This document shows, one piece after another, positions 12,124-23,259 of a DNA stretch of 64,000 bases. The stretch covers positions 16,492,720 to 16,556,719 of the forward strand of contig NC_057716.1 of the NCBI RefSeq assembly GCF_004010195.1, written 5' to 3'. The translations under genes and the position numbers were made by a program. Source of the stretch: Chiloscyllium plagiosum (lineage: Eukaryota). The notes under the pieces were generated by a model. That model had not been told where the DNA came from. It made no database searches and saw only the letters and a list, made by a program, of their open reading frames with translations. The number at the start of each line of letters is the position of its first letter. The stretch's first letter is position 1.

Positions 12124-13485
12124 AGAATCATAGAGATGTACAGCACGGACACAGACCCTTCGGTCCAACCTGTCCATGCCAACCAGATATCCCAACCCGA
12201 TCTAGTCCCACCTGCCAGCACCCGGCCCATATCCCTTCAAAACCTTCCTATTCATGTCCCCATTCAAAATGCCTTTTAAATGTTGCAATTGTACCAGCCT
12301 CCACCACTTCCTCTGGCAGCTCATTCCATACATGTACCACCCTCTGCGTGAAAACGTTGCTCCTTAGGTCTCTTTTATATCTTTCCCCTCTCATACTAAA
12401 CCTATGCTCTCTAGTTCTGGACTCCCCCACCCCAGGGAAAAGACTTTGTCTACTTACCCTATCCATGCCCCTCAATTTTGTAAACCTCTATAAGGTCACC
12501 CCTCGGCCTCCGATGCTCCAGGGAAAACAGCCCCAGCCTGTTCAGCCTCTTCCTATAGCTCAAATCCTCCAACCCTGGCAACATCCTTGTAAATCTTTTC
12601 TGAATCCTTTCAAGTTTCACAACATCTTTCCGATAGGAAGGAGACCAGAATTGCATGCAATATTCCAACAATGGACTAACCAATCTCCTGTACAGCCACA
12701 ACATGACCTCCCAACTCCTGTACTCAATACTCTGACCAATAAAAGGAAAGCATACTAAACACCTTCTTCACTATCCTATCTACCTGCGAATCCACTTTCA
12801 AGGAGCTATGAACCTGCACTCCAAGGTCTCTTTGTTCAGCAACACTCCCTAGGACCTTACCATTAAGTGTATAAGTCCTGCTAAGATTGGCTTTCCTAAA
12901 ATGCAGCACCTCGCATTTATCTGAATTAAACTCCATCTGCCACATCTCAGCCCATTGGCCCATCTGATCAAGACCCTAATCTGAGGTAACCCTCTTCGCT
13001 GTCCACGACACCTCCAAGTTTGGAGTCATCTGCAAACTTACTAACCGTACCTCTTATGCTCACATCCAAATCATTTATGTAAATGACAAAAAGTAGAGGC
13101 CCCAGCACCGATCCTTGTGGAACTCCACTGGTCACAGGCCTCCAGTCTGAAAAACTGCCCTCCACCAACATCCTCTGTCTTCTACCTTTGAGCCAGTTCT
13201 GCGTCCAAATGGCTAGTTTTCCCTTTATTCCATGAGATCTAACCTTGCTAATCAGTCTCCCATGTGAAACCTTGTCGAATGCCTTACTGAAGTCCATATA
13301 GATCACATCTACTGCTCTGCCCTCATCAATCTTCTTTGTTACTTCTTCAAAAAACTCGATCACGTTCATGAGACATGATTTCCCATGCACAAATGTTGAC
13401 TATCCCTAATCAGTCCTTGCCTTTCCAAATATATGTACATCCTGTCCCTCAGGATTCCCTCCAACAACTTGCCCACCACCGATGT
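12124..13485 (-). mobile_element. Relatively young 5'-truncated CR1 (HER1-like) LINE
   Basis: Successive broken ORFs 12248-13390 with CR1 ORF2 motifs; 3' tail tctatgattct. Confidence 0.95.
12968..13390 (-). pseudogene. CR1 ORF2 reverse transcriptase core fragment
   Basis: [32 protein letters not shown] and FADD motifs; frameshifted downstream. Confidence 0.95.
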
Positions 13486-13605
13486 CAATTTTTGTCCTTT
13501 TCTTTTTTAAACATTCCTCAGCCCTCCAGCAGCCATTTTTGCCTTTTCCTTTTTTCTTAAAGGCACAACAGTTAAGCCTTTTGAATCCTTAGGCTTGGTT
13601 GTGTC

Positions 13606-13838
13606 GAGGAGAAAGCAAGGACAGCAGATACTGGAGGTCAGGACCAAAGAATGTGACGCTAGAAAAGCACAACAGGCCAGGCAGCGTTCAAGGAGGAGGA
13701 GGAGGAGAGTCAACGTTTCGGACATATACCCTTTTTGGTCCCTATAAGCAAATCAATGCCACTTCATGACACACCACACTTTGCCAAATCACCTTTCCTG
13801 ATGAAGGGCTTATACCCAAAACATCGATTCTCCTGCTC
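13606..13838. mobile_element. Inverted Penelope pLTR fragments (family A)
   Basis: Minus arm 13606-13735; plus arm ctgatgaagggcttatacccaaaacatc from 13798. Degenerate TSD cttg(g/t)ttgt(g/a)tc at 13594-13605 and 13839-13850. Confidence 0.75.
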
Positions 13839-14493
13839 CTTGTTTGTATCTGTCTTGTACAGAGCTTTCACTTTTCTGTAGGTCAGCCCATGGCATTAGA
13901 ACACACCAGACACATTCCTGCACTGAAATGGGAATCCGTGATCTCAGGGGTCAACACTAACGGTTTGCTTTTTAAGCACGTGTTATTACAAGCTGCTGTC
14001 TGTGTGTCGAGATCTCGCCAGTTCATACAACGACGCGGCTTGTGACAGCAGAGAGAAAACCATTGCGCAGAAGGTTCGGCGGAGGCATTCTTTTATTTTG
14101 ATGTCAGTCAGAGCTCTTTCAAGAGAGAATAAAAAACACCCAGCATTTTTCCTCGAGCTGACCTCTTTTTGTTGAGGTCCATCGAAGCACTCAAACACTG
14201 GGGGGAAAAAATACACAGCCCAGTTTCAAAATGGCTCCAGCCCGCAAGGTCTCATTGGAGAAAAGCTGGTTACAGGTCACTGGAAGGTACACTAAATTTT
14301 TTAAAATCTGGCTGGAGTCCAATCATCGATAGCTAACTTTTCCGTCTCTTAAACAGTTCAGTCAAATAGGCCGATAGAAGCATATAATGCCTCAGTGTCA
14401 ATCCAGCCTTGTCAACAATACCTGGACAATGGGATAAAAGCTTAAACAACAGGAAATGTTGTTTCAAAGACAAGGTAATCCCACGTCCATGAT

Positions 14494-14541
14494 CAGCACA
14501 ATAGATAAAGAATGAACCAGCACAATAGATAAAGAATGAAC
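14494..14541. repeat. Perfect 24-bp tandem duplication
   Basis: cagcacaatagataaagaatgaac x2. Confidence 0.95.
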
Positions 14542-14829
14542 AGACATTTAAGATTATCTGAAATCTAGAGCACTAAGCGCATCAAAATAGCCACCAACAT
14601 TTGAAGAATAGGAAGCATTGCTGAGGTGGACAGGGGAATGTAAGTGACTGAACATGTCAGATATAACAATGAAGAACTCGGTCAACTGTTAATGGTCGCT
14701 TCATCTCACAAAAAATTGAGGTAGCAGGATCTGTGTACACTGAAGCAAGCTTCAAACACACCCACAGCCTAACTGGCAGAGGCCTTCAGTCTCCCTTTAC
14801 CTTCGCCACTCCAAAACCAGTCACCTATA

Positions 14830-15330
14830 TACACGGAGTAAAAATAGGCCATTCAGCCCATGTACATGTTTGCATTCCACTCTATCCTTGTCCCATCTTT
14901 CCTTATTTAACCCAAACGGCATGACCCGCTAATCCCTCTCCCTCACACGCTCATCTCGCTTCTCCTTAAATATATTCACACTATTCTCTTCAGTCATTCC
15001 TTCAGTCAGTTAAGCCTTTTGAATCCTTAGGCTTGGTTGTGGGAGCAAGTTCCATATTCTCACTGCCGTCTGGTTAAAAGAGGTTTCTGAGTTCCCGACT
15101 GGATTTCTTGGTGACAGTCTTACATTGACAGCCTCGAGTTATGCTCTTCCTCCCCAACGTAAAACTGTGGCGACTCTCTCAAAAGCTTTCATGAATTTTC
15201 AAGATTCTGATCACGGTTGACCTATCAGCCCTCTCTTTCCCAGAGAAAAGAGCCTCAAGCATATCAATCCTTACCCCATAGGCACACCAGACCACTCCTG
15301 GACCTATTGTCAGAAATCTTTTGGTACCTC
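14830..15330 (-). mobile_element. Old CR1 3' fragment
   Basis: ggccattcagccc tail hairpin and caagttccatattctcac..ctggttaaaag motif. Confidence 0.65.
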
Positions 15331-15770
15331 TAAATATTTTGACTAAATAACATGGCGACTACATTTGTGTATACAGCCCTGGATTTTTCAATGGTCAGAC
15401 ACAGTCTTTATTCCAGTATGAATGAAATTCTGCAGACTCTGAAGGAATTTCCCAAGAAATGTAAGATGGCACTGGACAATTCCTTTATGCCCAAATCTCT
15501 GCATTTCACTTGGAAAATTCAGAGGGTTCTGATGAAATGAAGAATCGCTCGGAAAAAACCAGACCAATAAATACATAGTCTGACTCTTACGTGACTATTC
15601 AGCTGACCCCACACTTGCCTCAGACCGACTCCCCCCCAGCCCACTCACATCACCCCCACCTCATCTGCTGTGGAGACAATGGCCACTTCACCTGTTTTGT
15701 ACAGAATCCCACTTCACCTCCCGACCCGATTTCTCCCACCCATTCTGACTGACCTTAAAATGCTCCATCA

Positions 15771-15959
15771 GGGCAGAATTGGGTACTGCAGATGCTGGAG
15801 ATTAGAGTGGTGCTAGAAAGGTACAGCAGGTCAGGAGGGGCAGGAAAAGCAACATTTCGGGTTCCTGATGAAGGGCTTTTGCCCAAAACATCACTTTTCC
15901 TGCTCCTCAGATGCTGCCTGACCTGCTGTGCTTTTCCAGCACCACTCTAATCTTGACCT
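15771..15959. mobile_element. Fold-back pair of Penelope pLTR fragments (family A)
   Basis: 15800-15862 is the reverse complement of 15880-15953. 13-bp TSD aaatgctccatca at 15758-15770 and 15960-15972. Mutated hammerhead core at 15865. Confidence 0.85.
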
Positions 15960-16339
15960 AAATGCTCCATCACCTACCTGATCCACTTGCCACTTGTACC
16001 TTGGCTCCCTACCCACCTGGCAAGCGACTTAGCTGGCACAATACTTACCTAGCACCTGATCCAGCTTTCAACCCAACCACGTATGCATTGGGCATCCTTC
16101 CCTCCCTGCACCTTAACCACACGCCTTTACTGTTGGACAGCAGTTGTCCAAGTCGTTGTCTGAGACTCTGGGGCTTACAATTTCAGATTGCAGGAGCTGA
16201 CCACTGTCAAAAGGGAATGTGGTTTTCATTCCTCAAACAGTTCTATGTTACATCAATCCTTTTAATCCCTCAGGATACAGCTGATCAGGCCATTACTCCC
16301 ATTAATTTTCCTGATAGTGATTCTGATGGCTTCAAAGTT

Positions 16340-16655
16340 ATTTAAAAAAATCCCACATCAGGTTATAATGCAAGAGGTTGATTTGAAAGCATAAGCTTTC
16401 AGAGCACTGCTCCTTCATCAGGTAGCTAGTGGGGCAGGATTACTGGATACAGAATTTATTGTAAAAGATCAGAGCATACAGTTGTATGATACAATTTATT
16501 GTAAAAGATCAAAGTCTATCCTATGATCCTGTCCCATGAGCTACCTGATGAAGGAGCAGCGCTCCGAAAGCTCATGCTGTTGGACTATAGCCTGGTGTTG
16601 TGTGATTTTTAAATTTGTCCATCCCAGTCAAACACTGGCCCCCTCCACATCCTGG
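16340..16655. mobile_element. Inverted pair of Penelope pLTRs (family B)
   Basis: 16345-16440 and 16526-16612 are reverse complements; both arms keep CUGAUGA...GAAA. Confidence 0.85.
16541..16578 (+). ncRNA. Minimal hammerhead ribozyme motif (family B)
   Basis: CUGAUGA(16545)-A-GGAGC-agc-GCUCC-GAAA(16566)-GC-UC; helix III is the palindrome AGCU; stem I weak. Confidence 0.65.
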
Positions 16656-16756
16656 CGATTGTTTCAGGTTGCTCACTCTGTCTTGCCTCTCAATTTTCTA
16701 CTATCCTTGGGAATTTTTTTTTTGCACATCCGACTGTGATCACAGAGAGAAAATAA

Positions 16757-16880
16757 AAACTGAAAGAACTGCAGATTCTGTAAATCAGAAATGGAAACAG
16801 AGGTTGCTGGATAAGCTCAGCAGCATCTGTGAAGAGTAATCAGAGTTAAGGTTTTGGGTCTGATGACCCTTCCTCAGAAC
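16757..16880 (-). mobile_element. Penelope pLTR fragment (family C), decayed hammerhead
   Basis: Minus strand CUGAGGA-A-GGGUC-auca-GACCC-AAAA-CC-UU (GAAA mutated). Confidence 0.7.
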
Positions 16881-17011
16881 AGGATACAAAATACTTGTGC
16901 AATATATCTGCCATTTCCTCATGTCCCGTTATTAATTCCCCACTGTCACCTTAAGTATCTAATATTTTCTTTAGGCACTCTTTACCTCTTTAAATAGTTG
17001 CAGAAGCATTT

Positions 17012-17358
17012 CATAGAATCCCTAAAGTGTGGAAACAGGCCCTTCGGCCCAACAAGTCCACACCAACCCTCCGAAGAGTATTTCACCCAAACCCATTCTC
17101 CTCCCCTGTTAATCCACTTATACCCCTGACTAATGTATCTAATCTACACATCCCTGAACACTATGGGCAATTCAGCACAACTAATTCACCTCACCTGCAC
17201 ATCTTTGGATCATGGGTGGCAACCGGAGCACCCAGAGAAAACCCACACAGACACGGGGAGAATGTGCAAACCCCACACGGACAGTCACCCGAGCCCAGAA
17301 TCGAACCCGGGTCCCTGGCGCCGTGAGGCAGCGGTGCTAACCACTGAGCCACCATGTT
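17012..17358 (-). mobile_element. HE1-type SINE
   Basis: Full reverse-complement match to the 8898 and 50078 copies. Confidence 0.92.
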
Positions 17359-19007
17359 TACCCCATGTTTTATACTTCTTGATAGTTTTCTTTCATTTGC
17401 CATTTTCTCCTTGCATTTTTAAACTCATCGTTGGATGGTTTCACAATTGTGAAGCCCCATTTAACATTCTCAATCTAGACTCACATGTGAAGAGAAGTCT
17501 GCAGCATGCACTGAACTGTACTTCCTAATGAGAATGTTAGTGTAAAGCGTGCAAGGGACGAATTTAGCATTAAAGTGAGAATCTAAATACCCATTCTTTG
17601 CTCACTGATAATGGGTCATTTCTACTTGAAGACCATATTGAGTTATAAGAAAATCTATTTTATCAAAACACTCTCTAGCTGCGGAGTTGGTGAACAGATG
17701 GTCAAACAAAATCATTTGGAATGACCCAGGAACAGGGCTGGATTTCAGACAGCGTTGTAAAGATAGAAGTTGCATGTGGAAAAAGCAGGACAAGGAACCA
17801 CAGTGTGCAAGAGAACACGCAACTTGTAAAACATGCACTCAGCCCCCAACAAAAGCAACTTGTGCAAGACATTTGTTCTGTCCGGAGATATTTTCTTTCC
17901 TGCTACATCCACACACTGTACGATAGCTGTAGCTAAAACTTTCCATAAAGGGAAAGGTAATCTTCACTCACAGTGGAATGAAAGCAACACAAGCAATTTC
18001 GCTTTGTTTGGATGAATCAACCGTTTAATAATAAAAGTATAGTTTATTCAAGATTAGAAGAAAAGCATAGTTTTGCGAGTGGTTTTGTGGGCTAGCATAT
18101 GATGGAACATTGCACTGGGCCGTAAAGATCAGCAGGTCCCAGGCTCCAGCTTTGGTTTGTACTGAATTATCCTGTTCAAGACTTGTGGGGCTTCCAAATT
18201 CTTGCACAGCCTCTGACACAAGGTCATGGAGGGTGGGGGCCTGAAGTACTCACCGGCCAATCATCTGCTGTGATGCCAACCAGTGTTCAACAGCCTGCTG
18301 ACATCGCATCCAAAGTTAAGGTACTGCTTCCTCCTGAGCTGCTGGCGCCAATGGGATGAAACCTTAGCGGGAGCTAGCATCTTTACAAAGGAGGGGGGAT
18401 AGGATCATTCAGTCACTTGGCTTTCATTCCCCACCGTCCAGCCCAGTTAATGGGAACATTTGTACTTATTACAAGAACCTCTTACAAAACCTTTGTTTAA
18501 AATAGCCAAACATCTGACGCTAATAAAGGTTCAGGCAGTTACTGCCTCTTCAAAAGGCCACTAAAAGGTGAACAGTGTTTCCCTCCAGTACCGCACCCCA
18601 CTCCACCCCACCCCTAAAAAAATACAGAAAAGCAGCTGCTTAGTATTTGAATCTGAACAAAGCACTTGTTTGTAATTTTACAAGACCCTCCTTTCATGGA
18701 AGCCAAAGGCTAGAAGATGCCACAGGCCAAATTTGTTTCCATGTGGGTGTGGTTTGACTATTTCTGAACTATAGAGGGAGGGGATCACTCCACGGATATA
18801 GCTGACCAGAGTCCTGTATACTACAGAGAATGTACACCACAGGAGCAGGCCATTCGGCCCAACTGGTCGATGCTAGCGTTTACACCCCACATGGAGTCCT
18901 CCTGATCACCATTTCCTCTCTCCCTTTCCCCCTCATGCATCTCTCTACCTTCCCCTTCAATGATCACGAATGCTGGTGTTTGAGAACTGAAGAGTGATAG
19001 TGGGCTC

Positions 19008-19226
19008 TGAAGTGACTCCACAGAGGTCTGTATCCCATCACTAAGTCACCCTTTATTTACACATTGAGTCCTTGACACTTCTCCAGCTCCCTCAGAGCCA
19101 ACCGAACCCCTGACACTCCTGTTTACATCTGTCAGCCAGGGCTCTCTGATTGGACCAGATTAACAGCCCCAACCAGGGAACTCATTCCATAAGGTCCACC
19201 CGGCTGACCTCGTTCCAATCGCTACA
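19008..19226 (-). mobile_element. Short solo LTR (~219 bp, Gypsy-like)
   Basis: Minus strand TGTAGCGA...CTTCA with CCAAT, a TATA-like gatgtaaac and AATAAA in the expected order; no clean TSD. Confidence 0.55.
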
Positions 19227-19904
19227 AATTCTAAATATTAACTGTGTTTCTCTCTGCACAGATGCTGCCAGACCTGTCGAGCTTCTTCAGCATTATATTA
19301 ACTTCAGATTTTCAGTATTCACGGTATTTTGATTTTATTGTAAGACATCAATGTAATTGCATTAAAGTTTCACAAAGACGGACTTTGATGTGGGCGATGG
19401 GGGGAAAGGAGCGAGAACAAAGAGTTTGAGAATTGAGAAACAGTGGCCTACAGGACCAGTGAGAGGGGGACAGGGAGCAGGGACCTCTACCTCTTCTTCA
19501 TTTATTATCCGCCAAATCAATGGAGTTATGAAACCTGCAGCCCCCACAGCACAATGGCCTTTTTCACTCTCTGGTGTTCATTTCCTCCTTAATGGCGAGG
19601 GTTCAGCAGATCTACAGAATGCTCACTATGTGCGGCTGCATTCCAACAGGAGCTCCGGTTTCAGGCTGCTCTCTGCATCCCACAGTGGAATAAGACAGAG
19701 GCAGCACTTTTATCTGCAAGACCATCCATCAACAGCCCAGAGGTCCCAGGACCTGCAGTAAAATGCTGGGGAAACCAAACAATTCCATGATGACTGGGTG
19801 TGTGGACCCAACGCGCGCGCACGCACGCACACACAGAGCAATCTATTTTATTTTAGGCAGACAAAGAGCAAATAAGAATGGAACTCAAGTGTGAAATAAA
19901 GCAT

Positions 19905-20480
19905 TTTAAGAAGAATGTAGAGACACTATATGAAGTGAAAGGGTACAATTCTAAAGAAGGGGCGATCAATGAGAGAGGAGGGACCTAGTGGTTAAGCCAC
20001 TGAAACTGAAAGGATTGTTTGGGAGTGTGGTTAATAAAGAATATAACATCCTGGGCTTTATTGGTAAGAGAATAGAGTACAAAAACAGGTAAGCTATGGT
20101 GAACCTAAATAGAACACTGTCTTAGCTTCCCCCGCCCTTTAGGAAGAAGGTAAAGGAATCATGGAGAATGAAAGACTATTCATGAGAATGGTCCCAATGA
20201 CATGGATTGGCGATGCTGACACTGTTCTCCTTGAAGACGAAGCGGCTAAGAGATTGGATAATGTGTTCAAAATCCTGAACAAGGAAAACTGGGAGCAACT
20301 GGTCCCATTGGTGGCATGATCAAGGGCACGTGTTTAAGATAAAAGGAGCAGCAGAAAGCAATGGTAAGAGGAGGAAAACCCCTTCTCATGCAGTGAGTAG
20401 TTGGGGTGTGGAATACACAGCCCGAGTGTGTGGTGGAGGCTAAGGCTTTCAAAGAATGCAGAGGGTTACTGGGAAAAAGC
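19905..20480 (+). mobile_element. Old CR1 3' fragment
   Basis: catcctgggctttatt..agaatagagtacaaaa and ggtgtggaatacac motifs. Confidence 0.7.
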
Positions 20481-20569
20481 AGGGGAGCAGCTCTCAAGGA
20501 ATTCCTCCTTCGGGAATTCCGCACCTGTGTGATGGCCTTGATGTGTTCTGTAATGGGTCTCCGATGATG

Positions 20570-20918
20570 GGAGAATGGTACATCCCACTCCAGTGCACGT
20601 TTATAGGAACATTGCACTGTTGGAGAGTGGAGACATTAAGCCAAGGCTCCCTTCCCACATAAAATCCCCAGCACTATTTCAAACAAGGGCAATGGAGCTG
20701 TTCCCAGCGTCCTGCCCAGTATTGGCCCTCAGTCAATAGCACAAAATCAGATGATGTGGGTCATTACCAAATTATCCTTTCGGGGAGCTCACTACAAACA
20801 AGTTGGTTGTTGCTTCCTGCAGCATAGTGACAACATTTCACAAAGTACCTGACTAGTTGGAAAACACTTTGCCTTAGGTTTATGAAAGTTGTTCTAAAAA
20901 GATTCAAGAGCTTTTCTC
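20570..20918 (+). mobile_element. Ancient DeuSINE fragment
   Basis: gcactatttcaaacaagggc..ttcccagcgtcctgcccagtattggccctca (Deu domain). Confidence 0.6.
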
Positions 20919-22327
20919 TCCTCCCCCCTTCCTTGAGGATTATTAATTATTGGCATATTGTTGATTATTGGGATCATGCTGTGCAAACTGGCTTCTACGA
21001 TTCCCACATTAGAATAGCAATCCCAGAAATGCTTCATTGGAACATCCTGTGGGGGAGGGGAACCTGAATGGTGCAGTTCTGTTGGCTCAATACTCCCCAG
21101 ATAACAAGGAGAACTGGCAAAGAGCTTTTACTTAAGTCCTGGGCTGGGACATGAACTCACAACTCAAAGAGAACTATGAAATAAAGCCGCGGCCAGCAAT
21201 GGCTAAGAAAGTGATCTCTTGCCTTCTACTAACCCCACTCTAAACTGAACCTCAAGGCTGGCTTCTTGCTACTAATTGATTTGCCCATTACAATGGAATT
21301 ATCAGACCCCAGAATTATCATAATTGGAAAGTGAAGTGGAATGGGAGTGATGGGATTGATGCATGGCAGCAGTAATGTCTACTTGGGGCCTTTTAACGCA
21401 AGAAATGTTCATTGGTAGCACATCCTGTCACTGAAATCCAAGCACAGCAGTGAATATAAACAGTGCAAACCAAACCACTTACAACAGATTGAAATATTTG
21501 AGCTCTCATGTCAAACCTTTGGCTTCTATTTCGAGTTGGCAGCAAAACGTCAAACACAAACAAACTGGAACTACACTTTGGTTGTGCTTTTCATTTCTGT
21601 GCGCTGGATTACTATCAAGGCCATGACAGAGCAAATAATTTCACGCTGAGCACAGACACAAAGGCCACCTTCCTGATGCACACTGCCCGACTCCCCTCAC
21701 CTCCAACCTAGAATACATCAACTTGCTGCCATGCCCAGTGCTAGCCTTCCAGTATCGGGCAGCCTTTCTCCATGTGCCACCTTACAGAGTCAGCAGTGGC
21801 AGGGTAGCCAAATCCGTGAAGACATCTCAGATCTCCAGCTCACGCAATCTTTTCTAAAGCATCTCATCATACGCTTGCTGGGAGTTGGTGGTGGGGAACA
21901 AGGGGCTTTTTTTTTTATATATATCCTTGCTTTGCAAAAGAACCACAGGCAATACTGAAGATACATCCTCTTTAGGCAGCTACTGCTTAGGATCTAGAAT
22001 ACACTGACAGAACATAGCTGAGGCAGGCTCAATCATAACTTACAAAAGGAATAAGCACCAGAAGAACAGAGACACTGACCCACAAGCGATAGGCAGTGGA
22101 GCAGGACTGCAGGTTTACTCTCTCGGGGAGAGAGAGAGAGAGAGAATGAGCTTAATGGGCCAAATGTCCACTTTGTAGGCTGGGACCAATCTTTGTCCTT
22201 CAATTCACTCCTTAAATGGCTTCCTCTCCCTCTCTGTTCAAACTTGCCCCTCACATCTTAAAATTTCAAGACATTAGATGGCAGATCTTTGTTCGCAAAC
22301 ATCCTAGCGAGTGGCGGAATTTCCCTG

Positions 22328-22541
22328 CAGGTTGTTCTGCTATCACGTGTGTTAATGCAAATTCGTTGTAATGCGATTGACAAATTGGGGACACTGTTTC
22401 TGAAGCATGAACTTTTAAAACGTGTGTTGGCTATAGCGTGATTACATCGGCAACACTTTAAGCGCAGTTTCTAAAGCACAATTTTTCTATAATGTGGGGT
22501 TGCACAAGAACACAACTATTGCATTATAGAAGAACCACCTG
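22328..22541. mobile_element. Tc1/mariner (Tigger-like) MITE
   Basis: TIRs CAGGTTGTTCTGCTAT / ATAGAAGAACCACCTG; TA on the right flank. Confidence 0.8.
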
Positions 22542-22928
22542 TATATTAAAAGGGGTTATATTAACCTAAGCCGTTGCAAGCTCAGACACAAGAGTGCCAA
22601 ATTACTTCCTCCTCACATCCACAAGTAAAGAAAGACGTTGCATTTATGTATCCTGCGTTTTCATCCCCAAAGTGCAGCAAGGTCAATGAGAAGATTCTGA
22701 AAAGAACACTGTGAAGTCATGAAGTGCAACAGCTTTGACACAATGACAAGATAAAAGCGCCTGTCTTAATTTGAAAGTCCAGTAGCAAATATTGGCCATT
22801 GCACCAGTAAATATCACTTTACCTCAAACTTGGTCAGTGACACTCCATTCAAATTACTTCACTCAAAATGTCCACAGAATTGCAACTGAGCTGAGCTGCT
22901 TCTGACGAGCATACCTTAGGAAAGCAGT

Positions 22929-23259
22929 CATGATTCGGAGATGCCGGTGTTGGACTGGGGTGTACAAAGTTAAAAGTCACACAACACCAGGTTATAGTCC
23001 AACAGGTTTAATTGGAAGCACACTAGCTTTCGGAGCGACGCTCCTGCATCAGGTGACTGTATTCTAACAGATGAAAGGCTTAACAGACAATCAATTCTTC
23101 AATGTATAATTTCAGTTACATCACACTGCAAATTTTTGCTATAAATTCTGTGTTACGACCGAGCCCTCCACAATCACATGAAGGAGCGTCGCTCTGAAAG
23201 CTAGTGTGCTTCCAATTAAACCTGTTGGACTATAACCTGGTGTTGTGTGATTATTAACG
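22929..23259. mobile_element. Young inverted pair of Penelope pLTRs (family B)
   Basis: 22969-23056 vs 23173-23258 near-perfect reverse complement; 12-bp TSD taggaaagcagt at 22917-22928 and 23260-23271. Confidence 0.92.

Noticed and set aside
14163-14197. 35-bp minus-strand micro-exon after ttttttcccccag
   Set aside because: Weak donor (GTCAGC) and no other support.
20498-20520. Tandem GGAATTCC/GGGAATTCC NF-kB-like palindromes
   Set aside because: Short motifs at the edge of a decayed CR1; plausible by chance.
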